DNA of 64,000 nucleotides, from NCBI GenBank assembly GCA_020137815.1, contig CM035355.1, positions 1,984,001-2,048,000 of the forward strand, in the 5' to 3' direction. Below the pieces are notes generated by a model that was not told the origin of the DNA, searched no databases, and saw nothing but the letters and a program-made list of their open reading frames with translations. The stretch is from Hormiphora californensis (taxonomy: Eukaryota; Animalia; Ctenophora). A program made the translations under genes and the position numbers. Every line of letters begins with the position of its first letter. Position 1 is the stretch's first letter. Below are positions 12,661 through 25,194 of this stretch, one piece after another.

Positions 12661-13051
12661 TTCTCTGAATACGCTGCGTTCTTCGTTTCTTGCACTGCTT
12701 AGCAATCATTGAAGTTCTCTCTTGTTTTCACTTGAGTTGTTGACAAGGTACGATCACGATGGATTAATTATTTTGGTCTCGATTTTACCTCTCTTTTTAT
12801 GATTTTACTGTGTGTAAATGTAATTAGAGTGGGCGGAGTGTAGAGAAAGAGAGAGTAATTATTGCATACAAATTCCAAATATAGGTACAATCTCCCTGTA
12901 CACTAATTCGTTCTGTATTCGGAGAAGTTAAATTTATTTTAGCCAGAGCACAATGTGTACAATAATTCCGGGTTCATCAATTTTACTAGGTAAGTCTCGT
13001 TTTACACCAGCCTCTAACATAGTTTCTTTTCAGCCCACGGCTGTAATAGCT

Positions 13052-15969
13052 ATGGCTATTTTTGATCAAAAGAGATCCTTGAAGCGGGATATGGATACCT
13101 CTGTATTCGAATTCGACCATGAGGATTCTGATAGGAGTGTGGAGTCGCGCCCAAAGAGGTACACAATGATCTGAATGGAAATTAAATCGTGTAAATAAAA
13201 TGAAAATAGTGTTGTCCCAGTTCTATCCATTTTGTGCCTCTTTCACAACAACCACCTGTGTGCTTCAAGTGCAGATCTCTCTCTTTACACACAGAGCATT
13301 GAGCGTGTCGCGAGTAAACCCCCCCTCCATCGATCTCAATACAATACACGGAGAGAGAGGGTTTAACCAGAGATACAGATAGAGAAAGCTAGGGGGAAGG
13401 AGGGAGAGAGTATGTCCTCGCATTGAAAGAAGCACAGAGCTCGCGACGTGAGGTTGAACAATTGAAAATCGACTAATCTAGCGAGAATTTATTGATGACA
13501 GAAAGAAAATAAAGGAGGTCCGTCTGTGTGTATGAACGTCTATCTATCTGTGGTGGCAGAGAGAAATAAAGGAGGTCCCTGGTTCGTCTGTGTATAATGT
13601 CCGTCTGTAGTAAGGAAGTCATTACAGAGAGAGGGAGGACATTACAGAGAGAGGCTAGAGAGAGGGAAAGACATTACAGATAGAGGGAGAGCCATTACAC
13701 AAGCTTGTGGCGAGGAAGAAGTAACGGAACAAGTTGTTATCAGTCTCAACCCACCTCTCTATCTCTCTCTCTCTCATTAAACAATTAAGAAGGAAGGAAA
13801 TATATCATATAATGCGTGATCTCTCTTTCTCGGCGGAAATATAAAAAAGATAAAATCTTTCCCGAGATAACATTTTGTTTCTGGTGCTTTGTTCTCTCAC
13901 CACTTGCTTGATTTATCTGCCATTTAAACAGAGTGTTACCGTCTTGTTACCGTCCTGTTCACCCAAATGTAAACTGTAAACCATTGTACCATAGATTATT
14001 TGCATGCTGAAAAGGTGATTATTTTGTACACTGATTTGTGCAAGTCTAATTTTACAGATAAAACATAATGATATGCATATTGCTGTAAAAGGTAAATGTA
14101 TATTTATCTCTCTCTCAGGTCATCGGTTTACCAGCTCCTGCGGCGGACAGTGGCTATGGAAGTGCTCGTTCCCCAGATACCCCTCCACCACCTGTCTCCC
14201 CGCGACCACCGTGGAACTCCCCTTACACCTCCTCTCCCCCGGTACTACCCGGCGTATTCTTCCCCGTATTCTTCCCCGGGGATCCCTCTCTCACCAACGT
14301 CTTCTGTGGAGTTAATGGACACCTCCTGTCCCCTTTACTCCTGTTGTGGAATTCTCCTGTCCTCTACTGAAACCCTTAATGTCGCTGCACCGGCTGAGGA
14401 CATCTCTACAACATACACCTCTATCTTCCAGGCCCCTACTAAAGAAGAGGAGGAGCTTTACACGCTGTTCCAGAATTACAGCACCCTCTCTGACGGTCTC
14501 TTCTGAGGCAAGCTTTTCTGCTAAAGAGGACTTAGACCGTCATATCATCACTTCACCTGGATTCTTCCTTTGACGTGCCGGATCTACTTCTAGACCCATC
14601 GGTATTTGATCAGCTTGAGGATCAAGATCCTAATCCGAAACATTCAGCAGCAGCTGTTTCCCGCATCTCTGCAGGACCCACCAATGATACGTCCAAGTAT
14701 CAACAAAACAACCCAACCACTTTGTGTCCACCACCGGTTCTGAGTGTGGGCCTCCAGCAGGAGCTGGCGCCCGGGAGCTCTTCCCATCAGAGCCATGTGG
14801 AGTGTGGATCACAAAATGCATCCAGAAAACCTGAAATACCGGTTATAGCTGGACACCAAAGGAAGGAAAAACTTCCGGAACAATTATTGTTGTACGAAAG
14901 CGATTACCTGTTCGTCAACAACGGTGTCCCTTTCGACACATCTATGGACGACTACCTGAACACGGATGTCAGTCCCAAAACTCCTAGTTCATCAATCAAC
15001 ATTGAGGACCTTTACAAAAACCCGCCTGTCCAACCCTCAAGATATCAGGCTGGCTGAAACCCATCACCTAAAGAAGCCACCTGACAAGCTTACTGGAAAG
15101 GCTAAAAAGGAACCACAGGCAAGGCCTTCAAACTGTGGAAGCGCTCACCATGTTTATGGAGATTCCAAGGCAACAGTGCCGCCGGACCACCCCATGGTAA
15201 TGGAGTCTAAAACTCCGGCCGAGAAGCCTCCGGAAAATCAACAGGCCAGGCCTTCTGCAGCAGCATCCACGGCACCAAGCCCATCAGGCGTAAGCTTCCA
15301 TGAAGTTGAAAAAGTACAGTTGACACCGTCTTCTACTTCAATGACCAATTTAAAGTTGGTCCAACTGTACAACCTGTATGGGAGACACGTACACAGAAAC
15401 GTAAGTGTCAGCACCCAGGGTGGGTTGAAGAGAAGAGCTAAATCAGTAGACGAGGTGCTATGCCGAAGTTTTATAGACAACTTTGAAGAAGGCTGTAAGC
15501 TCACCCCAGCCTTTAGTCCTAGAAATGATCGAGTTAATAACAAAATTGACACTTTCATTGATACTCCGAGGGAATCTATGCGTTCCCTGGCAAAATGCCA
15601 AAGCGTTCTAGTAGGCATAGCCCTCCATAAGTTCCGGAGTGAGCTTGGTTTAGATGCTGAAAATCTTTCTTCAAAGGAGAAAAAGAAGCTGAACAATCGG
15701 TTCACCACAGTTCAAAGAACTGATAGGCCCGCCTCAAAGAAGTTCATTAATGAGTTTTGCCTAAAATACGGGGTAAACAGGGAATACTCCGCTTGAAAAG
15801 TTAGAAACTGGCTACACAGGCAGCGTGTGTCTTCTTGGATTTCGATGGGTGCATCAGTTACATTTCCCCGAACATTATCAAAGAGGATTACTCAATTGTA
15901 ACAATACTGAAAGGAGAAAATCAAATGTTCCTCGGAAAGATTAAAGGACTTTGCCGGGGGAAACTATAA
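13052..15969 (+). CDS. Orphan gene A: low-complexity N-terminus plus C-terminal domain resembling the Polinton pPolB N-terminal (vOTU-like) region; several frameshifts
   Basis: Exon 13052-13158 (MAIFDQKRSLKRDMDTSVFEF...RPKR) splices to 14119-15969. Coding continuity needs about 6 single-base frame corrections across ORFs 14096-14506, 14346-14573, 14575-15057, 14966-15796 and the tail FLDFDGCISYISPNII...KIKGLCRGKL*. Clearly paralogous to gene B. Confidence 0.65.
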
Positions 15970-16059
15970 ATTCTACTTGAAAAAGCCAATTGACAATCAC
16001 GAGAACTTTAAACGACTACAAAGTCCACAATATATACACGGAATAGTGGTATTGAGTCT

Positions 16060-16325
16060 TGAGCAGAAATCAGAAGTTTTTTTCTTCTGTTGAAACAATA
16101 AACACTTTTTGGGGTTCCAGAATTGTCACTACCTCAGACTACTGGAACCCCTGGGCCTGCATGCATTCAAACGACGATCTGATCGTTGAACCTGGCAGAA
16201 AATAGAACAAGTTTTTTGTCGTCTGTTAAGTTGAAACAGTAAACATTTTTTGGGGTCCCAGAAATGTCACTACCTCAGACTACTGGGACCCCTGCATGCC
16301 CTCCAAAGACGACGAGATCGTTGAA
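16060..16325. repeat. Diverged ~140-bp direct repeat downstream of gene A, first copy with AATAAA
   Basis: gaaaca(a/g)taaaca...tttttgggg..ccagaa.tgtcactacctcagactactgg at about 16092 and 16233. Confidence 0.7.
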
Positions 16326-16415
16326 TCGTCGATGTGATTAGCGATATATATTCTAGGAAACGGGTGTATATAAATTTCATAAAGAATGTAATCGTAGTTC
16401 TGGAAACCCAACCTA

Positions 16416-17828
16416 CAAGGTGGCCCATAAATTATGATAGCGGGGAACGAGCCGTACCTCCGAAACGGCGATAGTTGTGCAAAAACAAACTACGGGAACA
16501 TGCTGGAACAATTCCTGGACGGCTTTTTGCAAATTATGACATTTTTATTCAAAAGTTCATTTTTCATTCATGAACTATTCACACGTTCATTAATGAATTA
16601 AGAACTCTAATTTACCGAGAGTGAGCCATTTTGTTTGGGTTGAATTTATCTTTCCAATGAGCACCATGAAATTCAAATTGAAGCAGCAGGTCACATGTCA
16701 GATGAGAAAATGCACATGCATGAATTTGGCTCTTCCTGCGACTTTTAATCAGCTGTATCACGGCTGCCTTTTGTTTAATCTTTTTGAAATTTTTGGCGAA
16801 CATTGGATAAACAAGGATCTTTGCTCACAAGAAAAATCAAGATCAGAATTCAAAGTTCATTTTTCAATTTATGGTGTTCATTCCAGTCATTAATGAACCG
16901 ATATTCTGAAAATCATGAAAAGGTGCGGATTATGTTTGGCACATGTTATCCAATCACAGACAAGTGTTATATCATGTACCAAAGCTAGCTGGCGAGTGAT
17001 ACACGTGATCTTGGTGTCACCTAACACGCTCCCTCAGTATGCTTCAATGACGATCCTTGTTTTCAAGCATCCGAGGTGATTCGATCGTGACCAGGCTCAT
17101 TACCAGTAGGGGAGGGTCACGCCATGATGTCCTACCTTTGTTACACGAGCCAATCACGATCGAATCACCTCGGATGCTTGAAAACAAGGATCGTCATTGA
17201 AGCATACTGAGGGAGCGTGTCAGGTGACACCAAGATCACGTGTATCACTCGCCAGCTAGCTTTGGTACATGATATAACACTTGTCTGTGATTGGATAACA
17301 TGTGCCAAACATAATCCGCACCTTTTCATGATTTTCAGAATATCGGTTCATTAATGACTGGAATGAACACCATAAATTGAAAAATGAACTTTGAATTCTG
17401 ATCTTGATTTTTCTTGTGAGCAAAGATCTTTGCTTATCCGATGTTCTCCCAAATTTTCAAAAAGATTAAACAAAAGGCAGCCGTGATACAGCTGATTAAA
17501 AATCGCAGGAAGAGCCAAATTCATGCATGTGCATTTTCTCATCTGACATGTGACCTGCTGCTTCAATTTGAATTTCATAGTGCTCATTGGAAAGATAAAT
17601 TCAACCCAAACAAAATGGCTTACTCTCGGTAAATTAGAGTTCTTAATTCATTAATGAACGTGTGAATAGTTCATGAATGAAAAATGAACTTTTGAATAAA
17701 AATTTCATAATTTGCAAAAAGCCGTCCAGGAATTGTTCCAGCATGTTCCCGTAGTTTGTTTTTGCACAACTATCGCCGTTTCGGAGGTACGGCTCGTTCC
17801 CCGCTATCATAATTTATGGGCCACCTTG
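16416..17828. mobile_element. Foldback Tc1/mariner-type non-autonomous transposon
   Basis: Arms 16416-17090 and 17154-17828 (675 bp each) are near-perfect reverse complements with a 63-bp spacer. ta|CAAGGTGGCCC...GGGCCACCTTG|ta gives a TA TSD. Confidence 0.9.
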
Positions 17829-18778
17829 TATATGGATAAGCAAGATAACTTAAGGCAAGAAACTACTTTTAGAGAAACCAAAACAACCTTGGCATAATTT
17901 ATTATCTTTCTAAGTAGAGACAGGAAAACGAACTCAGAACTGTCTTCAGAAAAATGTGACAGATATCAAATTCCATGATGCTAACAAGTATCACTAGGTA
18001 AATATAGTTTTTTCTCCGTACACTTCACTCAGCTACATACATTTTCGTCATAAAATTAGTGCCATAAATTTTCAAGATCACCCGTTTCCTAAGAGCGTTT
18101 AAGGCAAAGAGTACATAAGACTTTAGAAGTATGAATAATATTGATTGGGGGTCTCAGTATTTAGCCTATTAATCCTGAGACCCCTTATGGCCGCCTTAAA
18201 ACCATCGGAGGTTTTCTTTAAAAGAGTCACGTGAGACTGGGAATTATCTATCATGTGAATGTCATGGACTTGTAGAATTATTTGGGTTATATGGGTCCCG
18301 GTACATGTCCAGCCTAACTGTCCGGGACCCGGGGAAGCAATAGACTTTTGGGTTATTGGTCGATTAGTGTTTTCTTCTCAAAATCTTATTGTGTTAGTGT
18401 TTTCCCTTAAAATCTTATCGTGTTAGTGTTAGTTACTGTTTTTCCCTAAAAATCTTATCGTACCAGTGTGTTTTCCCATAAAATAATTTTAGTTCGAAAA
18501 GTAGAATGTCTTTAGCTGTGATTCTTGTATTTTCCCGAATCCACCGTGTTTTACTACCACGAATAAATTTCTTTGTAGGGGCTGGTGTCAAGTAACTCGT
18601 AATATATCTGGTGACATGTTGTAAATACGCCTGAATTGACCTCCCTAGTGGTGTCCTACCAAGTAGAAGTAAAAACCAGCCTGAAAAACAATTAACCGGT
18701 AGTTTACAAGTTACATGACACCCCGACCCTACTGTTTGTAAATACTGTACTAACTCTATTTCCGTGTCCTCTGTAGCA

Positions 18779-20203
18779 ATGACTAAGCGATCAACTACTC
18801 TAACTGTCTTCGATTTTCCGGATTCAGATGATCTGATGAGTCCTACCAAACGGTCAGTAACACTTGAACAAACTAGTTCTTGATTCTTTCTAACACTCCA
18901 TTCTTTTTCCTCAGGAGCCGAATAGACTCTGGCTACTCCTCGATCCACAGCAGCCCTGGCAGGACTTTTGAGGACTATTATTCACCCACCATGACACTGT
19001 CTACTGAGGTGGGTTCCATTTCTCTAATGGACCCCATGAAGAAGCTGCTGTTCCACCCGGACGAGCCACCACCTGACATGACTCGAGAGGATTACCCGGT
19101 GCTGCGGATACCACCGGATCCGGAATCTCCTGACCCTTCTACGAGGACATTGTCGAGGGAAGCTCCAATGGATGATCATGACCCACTGAATGAACTCTCT
19201 CATTTCTGGGAACTGGGTCCGTGTACTGCGGGGACGATGTCCCAACACGATCTCAGTGAGAACGAGCCTCTAGCAGGAGCCACCAATTTCAACCTCTCCA
19301 TCAACTGGGAGGATATCCAGCCATGGAATCTTGACAATATCAAGGTCGAACCAACTGACCAACCTCTGGAGACACCAGATTATATCTTTGCATCTGAACC
19401 AGCTCATTTTGAGCCAGAGCTCATTCCCGTGGTAGTTCCAGATCCCACCGTAACCGAGGACATGTCCGTGGCAAATCAGCCGCCAATTCGTCCCCCGCCT
19501 GTGAAGGAGGAGTTTCGTAGCCAGGGGCAACCACTCGAACCCCCTGGCGTGTTTCAAGGTCAGGGGCCGTCCAATGATACCCCTGGCCAATCTACTAGTA
19601 TGACCAATTTTATTGAACTTTTGACCGGAAATCATGTTAGCCAGCGGGTCCATGTCCGATCCGCCGTAAAAAGAAAGGTACTGTTACCTCTATCCGGAAT
19701 CCTGTGTCGAGAGTTCTTGGACTCTTATGGAGGCGATTTATTTTGCCCGGAGAAACCGGACCGGTGAAAAGGTAGCAATTTTCGCTGCCATGGAAAAGAA
19801 GTCCATGACATCCATCTTCAAAACGGACTCTCTTATTAGAGGAATCTCAGTTCTCGAGAAAAGGCGAGAAATTCTCAATGATGCCTCTATCTCAAAGAAA
19901 TCGAGGCACAACAAGGTCTCTAATCTGCAGAGAACAGACCGTGCTAACGGAGCTGGAAAGTTGCTGTACCAGACGTTCCTTACGAAGACTGGTCTCACAG
20001 AGAATTCCAGTGTAGATGATATTGAGAAGGTCTGCGGCGTGGCTTTAGTGATTGTGGATGAAGATGGTTTCATCAACTACATCTCTCCGAGGATTTTAGA
20101 TCCTTTATACCGGATTGAGGTGTTTCTGGAGGAAGATTTGTTGGACAATAAACAGTTATACTGTGTAGCGAATTTTAAGGGGCTGTGTAGGGTGGATAAA
20201 TAA
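18779..20203 (+). CDS. Orphan gene B: paralogue of gene A; acidic/Pro-rich region plus Polinton pPolB-N-like domain; one frameshift
   Basis: Exon 18779-18852 (MTKRSTTLTVFDFPDSDDLMSPTKR) plus 18915-20203. A frameshift near 19760 joins ORFs 18880-19767 and 19727-20203. Shares STSMTN, LCR(S/E)F, QRTDR, DG.I.YISP.I and KGLCR with gene A. The ATG is preceded by tactaac...ctgtag. Confidence 0.75.
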
Positions 20204-20779
20204 ACATTAAAATAGATAACGACGAAGTGTGTATTAACTGTTTTAGTGTGTAATTTTTTTTCTGACAAAGTGATTATCCCCAATTATTCCTTATCTTTAA
20301 AATCACGTCTCATAGAATACCCCTTCTTATAACATATAATCTACAACTCAGTACATCCCCAAATATCCTGTTTAAATCATGATTATTATGTACTATCTTT
20401 CTTTAGCATGGTGTTTTTTAGCTCTGCTCAATGAGAAGATGACCAGATAACGAACTACCCTCGTCTACACACCATATAAGGTAATTCACACTGATTTTTC
20501 TGTTCATGACATGTTTTAGGAAGGGTTATTGATTTTGGGCAGTGAAAAACTGTATTCGGTGCCATCTGTGCACGCCGGGCCGCTTCTCCTTACAGTATGG
20601 GACCGAATGCAGTTCGTTGAAGACTGTTTTTCAGTTGCTTCCGTTACGAAAATTATAGCAATTGCATATATTCGAAAAACTAATGAAATTATTGGCTGGT
20701 AGGTGACACTTTTGTTCACGACACTTGCCCTTCCGGGTTTTTATGATATTCCTCATTGATTTTAATCCTGAAGATGCTG

Positions 20780-21045
20780 TATTTTAGTTACTTACAAAGG
20801 TTTTCGATTTGCTCAATGGAGATGACTTCATTTTTGATCTTGGGTCCTACCCTACAGCCCAACATCTGCTTCTGGCTCTACCTCCCATTCAACCGGGCCG
20901 GGAAAACAGTTAAGTTTGAGCAACCAAAGTGTCACTTTCCAGCAACGAATCACTGTTTTGGCAATAGGTCTATTTTTGGATCTGTGACCTGAAACCAGCA
21001 TGTTAAGGCAAGGAAACCCTTCGGACTAGTTCCCAAGAAACCAAC
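20780..21045 (+). pseudogene. Deletion-riddled duplicate of the acceptor and first coding exon of gene C
   Basis: ttacttacaaaggttttcgatttgctcaatggagatgac...tttttgatcttgggtcctacc aligns with 21981-22075; aaggcaaggaaacc and caagaaacc match later parts of the exon. Confidence 0.6.
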
Positions 21046-21049
21046 AGAC

Positions 21050-21890
21050 GCGTTCAAAAAAAATACGAAATTTAAATTGAACGGCAGCAGTGTTAGTCCA
21101 TAGTGTGACGTCACGACGTTATAACGTCTTGCTAGTGAACAATTATTATCAGGCTCATCTAGATAAAGATGCTGACCAAGTTTGAGATCGATTCGACAAG
21201 ATTTGAGGTCGCTATGGCGAAAAACGCACTATCGTCATATCTATTTTCATACAGTCTTAAAACTTCAGACGCGATTTAAGACCCTTGGAAATAGAGTTTC
21301 ACAAATTCGCGATATAGTTTCTGAAAGTTTAGACGATTATCTTTTATAAGTGTGGTCTCCATTTTTCAATCAGAAGCCGTCTTCAGGGTGTAAATTGAGC
21401 TCAAAGAAATTTGGTCGATTTGAAAAATGTCTTAACTTTATGACAGTTTTTAAGGACGTTCTGGTAAGACATAGAACATGAAAATCCTCCAATAACACAA
21501 TTCAAACGATTATCTTTCGAATGCAACAAACGAGAAGTGTCTATGTCTTGTAGTTTTTCCAGAAAATTGTCTGCAAATTGTGTAAAAAAGCGTCTATATG
21601 TATGTATGTATGTATGTATATATATAGACACGGACATTTATTGCTTTTTTCACCATGTCATAACTCTAAAACTAAAAGAGATAGAGACTTGCCCTTTTAA
21701 ACTCCAGTAGATCTAGTCTACGTGACACTGTATACCAAATTTCAGACCGATTGGTGCAGTGGGGGCCTCGCTATGGGCGTCGCAAAATGCCATTTTTGGC
21801 TAAAAAGTGAAAAAACTTATTACTGCTTTCTGGCATGCGCGGCTGGGGGGGTGGTGGTCACCTTTGCGCTTGCCAGCGCAGTGATTAAAT
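21050..21890. mobile_element. Probable Helentron/DINE-like non-autonomous element
   Basis: Non-coding insert with an internal (TATG)n microsatellite (21595-21625), agagatagagactt-type motifs, and a terminal hairpin tgcgcttgccagcgca followed by gtgatt. Boundaries approximate. Confidence 0.35.
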
Positions 21891-22014
21891 TTGGTTGAAC
21901 TATTCATCTCTGACCATGGTTGGTTGTTGTATTTTGTTTTATATCCACTAATATATAAGGGGAATGGTTGTTATTGTAGTTTACTTACAAAGGGTTTTTC
22001 CTAGATTTTCTCCA

Positions 22015-25000
22015 ATGGAAGATGACCTACCCTTTTTTGACCTTGGGTACCTACCCGATACGAGCCCCAACACCTCGGCTACTGTGGCTTCTACCAGCAC
22101 TCCCACCCTGCCGGTCAAGAAACCTGGTACGAGCAGTGTGACCAGCACTCCCAGTAGTGCTTCCAAGGGCAAGGAACCGGTTTCGAGCAGTGTGCACAAG
22201 AAACCCGGCAGTGTGCAGTTGCACAAGAAACCAGTTTCTAGCAGTTCGTCCAAGAAGCCCGTTGCCAGCAGCATGACCAGCACTCCCAGCAGTTCGTCCA
22301 AGAAGCCTGTTGCCCGGGAGATAGTTGACTCAAAGGAGGCTGTTCGTCAACAGATATCTATGACCACTACTTCCAGTGCTCCTGCAGTAGTTAGCATCAG
22401 CTCTGATGAAGAAGATGATGATGATGATATAGTACCACTGAAATCGGGGAAGGGACGGACCCCACCGAGGATTGAAAGTGATGATGACGATGACTCTGAC
22501 GGAGAGGTAGTTATAGATATCACACTTTCATGTAAAGATTCGTTCTGTTTTGAAATTTAGTCTTCTTTTTTATATAAATCTTAAAACGTAACCTAATTTT
22601 TTTTCAGGGTGCATCGGGCGCCTTCGGCATTGGATCCACGGCTGGTGTTGCTGACTCGGTTGCTAAGGGTGGCCGGTTACCAAGGAGAAACACAAAGTGC
22701 CGTATTGACAAGGTCCGCATGTCGGACAGAGACCATGTGAAACGCCAACCCGTTGCCAAGCAGAATCTCACCACCATGGTCCAGATGTTCCAGGAGCTCA
22801 AGTTCATGTGCCATAAGCATCCCCTGGAGGACAAAGGAGTGGACGACTTTCTCGATAACGATATCTCCAGTAGTCGGTATACCCGGATCGACTTGGCCAA
22901 CTTGAAGACCTCCAACGCCCAGAATGAGCCTGTTCTTCGGAAGTGGCCAATTCTGGAGAAGAAGTTGAGGAGATACATGAGTGCCTACATGGTATCCGTC
23001 AAGGAGACGTACCCTACGGGGAGGAGAATGTTTGAGTCGGAGTGCTACCAGTCGTATATTCCAAGATATAAATTGGATAGACTCAAGTCGTCGAGGTTTT
23101 CCCTGGTGATGAGGCGAAAGAAGATGAGTGATCGAGACCAGAAGTATCACAGAGACAAGATCAACGTAAGTAAATACAGCAAGAAACTCGCTTTAGAAAC
23201 CGTATACCATTACAGACTTTATCCCCACCCACTATTATCTCTAAATACATTACACCTTACAAATGTTTCAGCGGAGAAATGTGAGCGCACCACCGGCCCC
23301 GATTCCGATTTCTCCACCGAGAGACGTGGCCCCTCCCAGACAGACAGTCATTCTAGAAGCAAGCAGCTCTACCCTGACCACCCGTAAGTACCAAAAATCC
23401 ATTTAACACAGACGTTTTCTGACTCGACTCTAACACCATAATTTTTTTGCAGAAAACCCGATCCGAAGCCCGGTAAAAGGAACTCCACTGAGCCCGTTGA
23501 GAATCACAGTTGGGAAACTAACGCCCCAGCAAAAGGAGGACAGGAGGAACAAGCTGGCTAAGGTGGCAAAGAACAGCAATCGTAGTGGCTCAAGTAGTAA
23601 GGAGAACCGACTGTCAAGAACGAATTCCAGACCGACCACTCCCATCCCCTCCTCGCCAGAGTCTTCATTTAGTGGCACACCAGGACCTCCTCCGGCTGAG
23701 TATAGGGCACCTGTCTCCCTCGGTCCATCTCTGTTTATGCCGCCAACCCCAGCACCAGCAGAGACACTACCAGAGCAGGAGCCGCTGCCAGCGGTGATGC
23801 CCACCCTCCCCGCAGGAGCCACCAACACCCCAGCCACTGAGCCACCAGTACGGCCCGTGGAACCAGCTCCTTCTCCAGTGGCGGGTCCACCCACATCTCC
23901 ACTGCTAGACGTGCTAGGCTTAGCCCCTGTAACAGTCATTTCCCATGGGGAAGTGAGAGAGGCAGCTGTAGCTCCTGTTGATATGCCAGTTACTACAGTG
24001 TCAACTGGTGCAGTCCAGACACCAGCCCCTACGACTACTAATACACCAGCAGCGGCCGCTGTTGAGGCACCAGCCCCTAAGGCCAACAAGCCGTCTCCCA
24101 TAGTGCAAGCAGCACCCCCTAAATCTGACAAGCCATTTGTTTGTGGAATCTGGTATAAAATCAAACAAGAGGTGAGAAAAATGACTGACAAAGTGACAAA
24201 AATATACCGACGGTACCCAGAAATTTTGAGGTAGCAAAAGATGAATTGAACCAACGAAAAAAAATTATCCCACAAAGACGATCTTAAAAATAAAGTAACC
24301 AACAAAACTGACATGACTAACTACAATTCCTTCAATCGAAACACCGATCAATGAATGAATTCTCCCTCATTTTAGCCAGGAACCGAGGACACAACAACAG
24401 CGATTTCTGTCCCACCTCCCACCTCGGTATCTTCCATACCAGCTATTGCACCAGTACCAGTACAGACCCCTTCTACTACTACTGCTGCTGCAGTACCAGT
24501 GATATTGGTCCCGGTGAAAACATGTGCACAATGTTCAACGATCATCCAGGCTACTGAGTATGTCTTGAATTTATTTCCCATAGCACAGGGCACTTTCTAT
24601 CTCTCTCTAGTCCTACTTTCCTCATTAAAATATCTTCTAACAGAACGTGCCCCGTTCTACAAGCACTTTCCTAAAAATATTTTCCTAAAACCATCTCCCA
24701 AGACCTCTTTCTTGTCTTCCTAACTATCACACTTCACCCCATCACTATAGGACGCTGTGTGTGAGACACGCGAAGGAGGTTGAGCTACAGAATATCAGGA
24801 ATTCCCTACTGAATGATGCCACTGTTCCCAGTACTACAACCCAGGCTAGATCCACAGCTGTGGTAGGGAGTGTGTCATCCTCCTCTACAACAATCAGCTG
24901 CTGCTGTGCCGGCCAGTAGGCCTGTACGATCCAGCAATGTGTCCTCTACTACCACTACTACATCTGTTGTGGGGACATATCCTGGTAGCAGAAGGTTACC

Positions 25001-25194
25001 CGCCCCAGCAGCAGCAGCTGCATGCTCCTGGTAGGCGGAACTCTGGTGCAGCGGTGAGGAGGTGTATTTCCAATCCTGCACAACCTATTGTTGATGCCGC
25101 AGCCACCATGGAATACGCTAATAGCCTGGTGAGAAATTATACATCAACTTATCGATATTATGAAGATGATTTTAACACGAAAGGAAGAAAATAA
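22015..25194 (+). CDS. Orphan gene C: Ser/Thr/Pro/Lys-rich protein with a basic central globular segment and a possible CxxC-x10-CxxH zinc finger
   Basis: Exons 22015-22506, 22608-23165, 23272-23383, 23453-24171, 24376-24557 and 24751 onward join in frame with canonical GT-AG. Stop at 24919 as written, or 25194 if two indels are corrected. Confidence 0.7.

Noticed and set aside
16612-17632. Twin ORFs on opposite strands (MSTMKFKLKQQ... and MF..FKKIKQK...)
   Set aside because: Mirror products of the palindromic transposon arms; no protein motifs.
20520-20702. 60-codon open frame after a ttttag acceptor, possibly a fifth cassette gene
   Set aside because: No supported upstream coding exon or recognisable motif, and local sequence quality looks poor.
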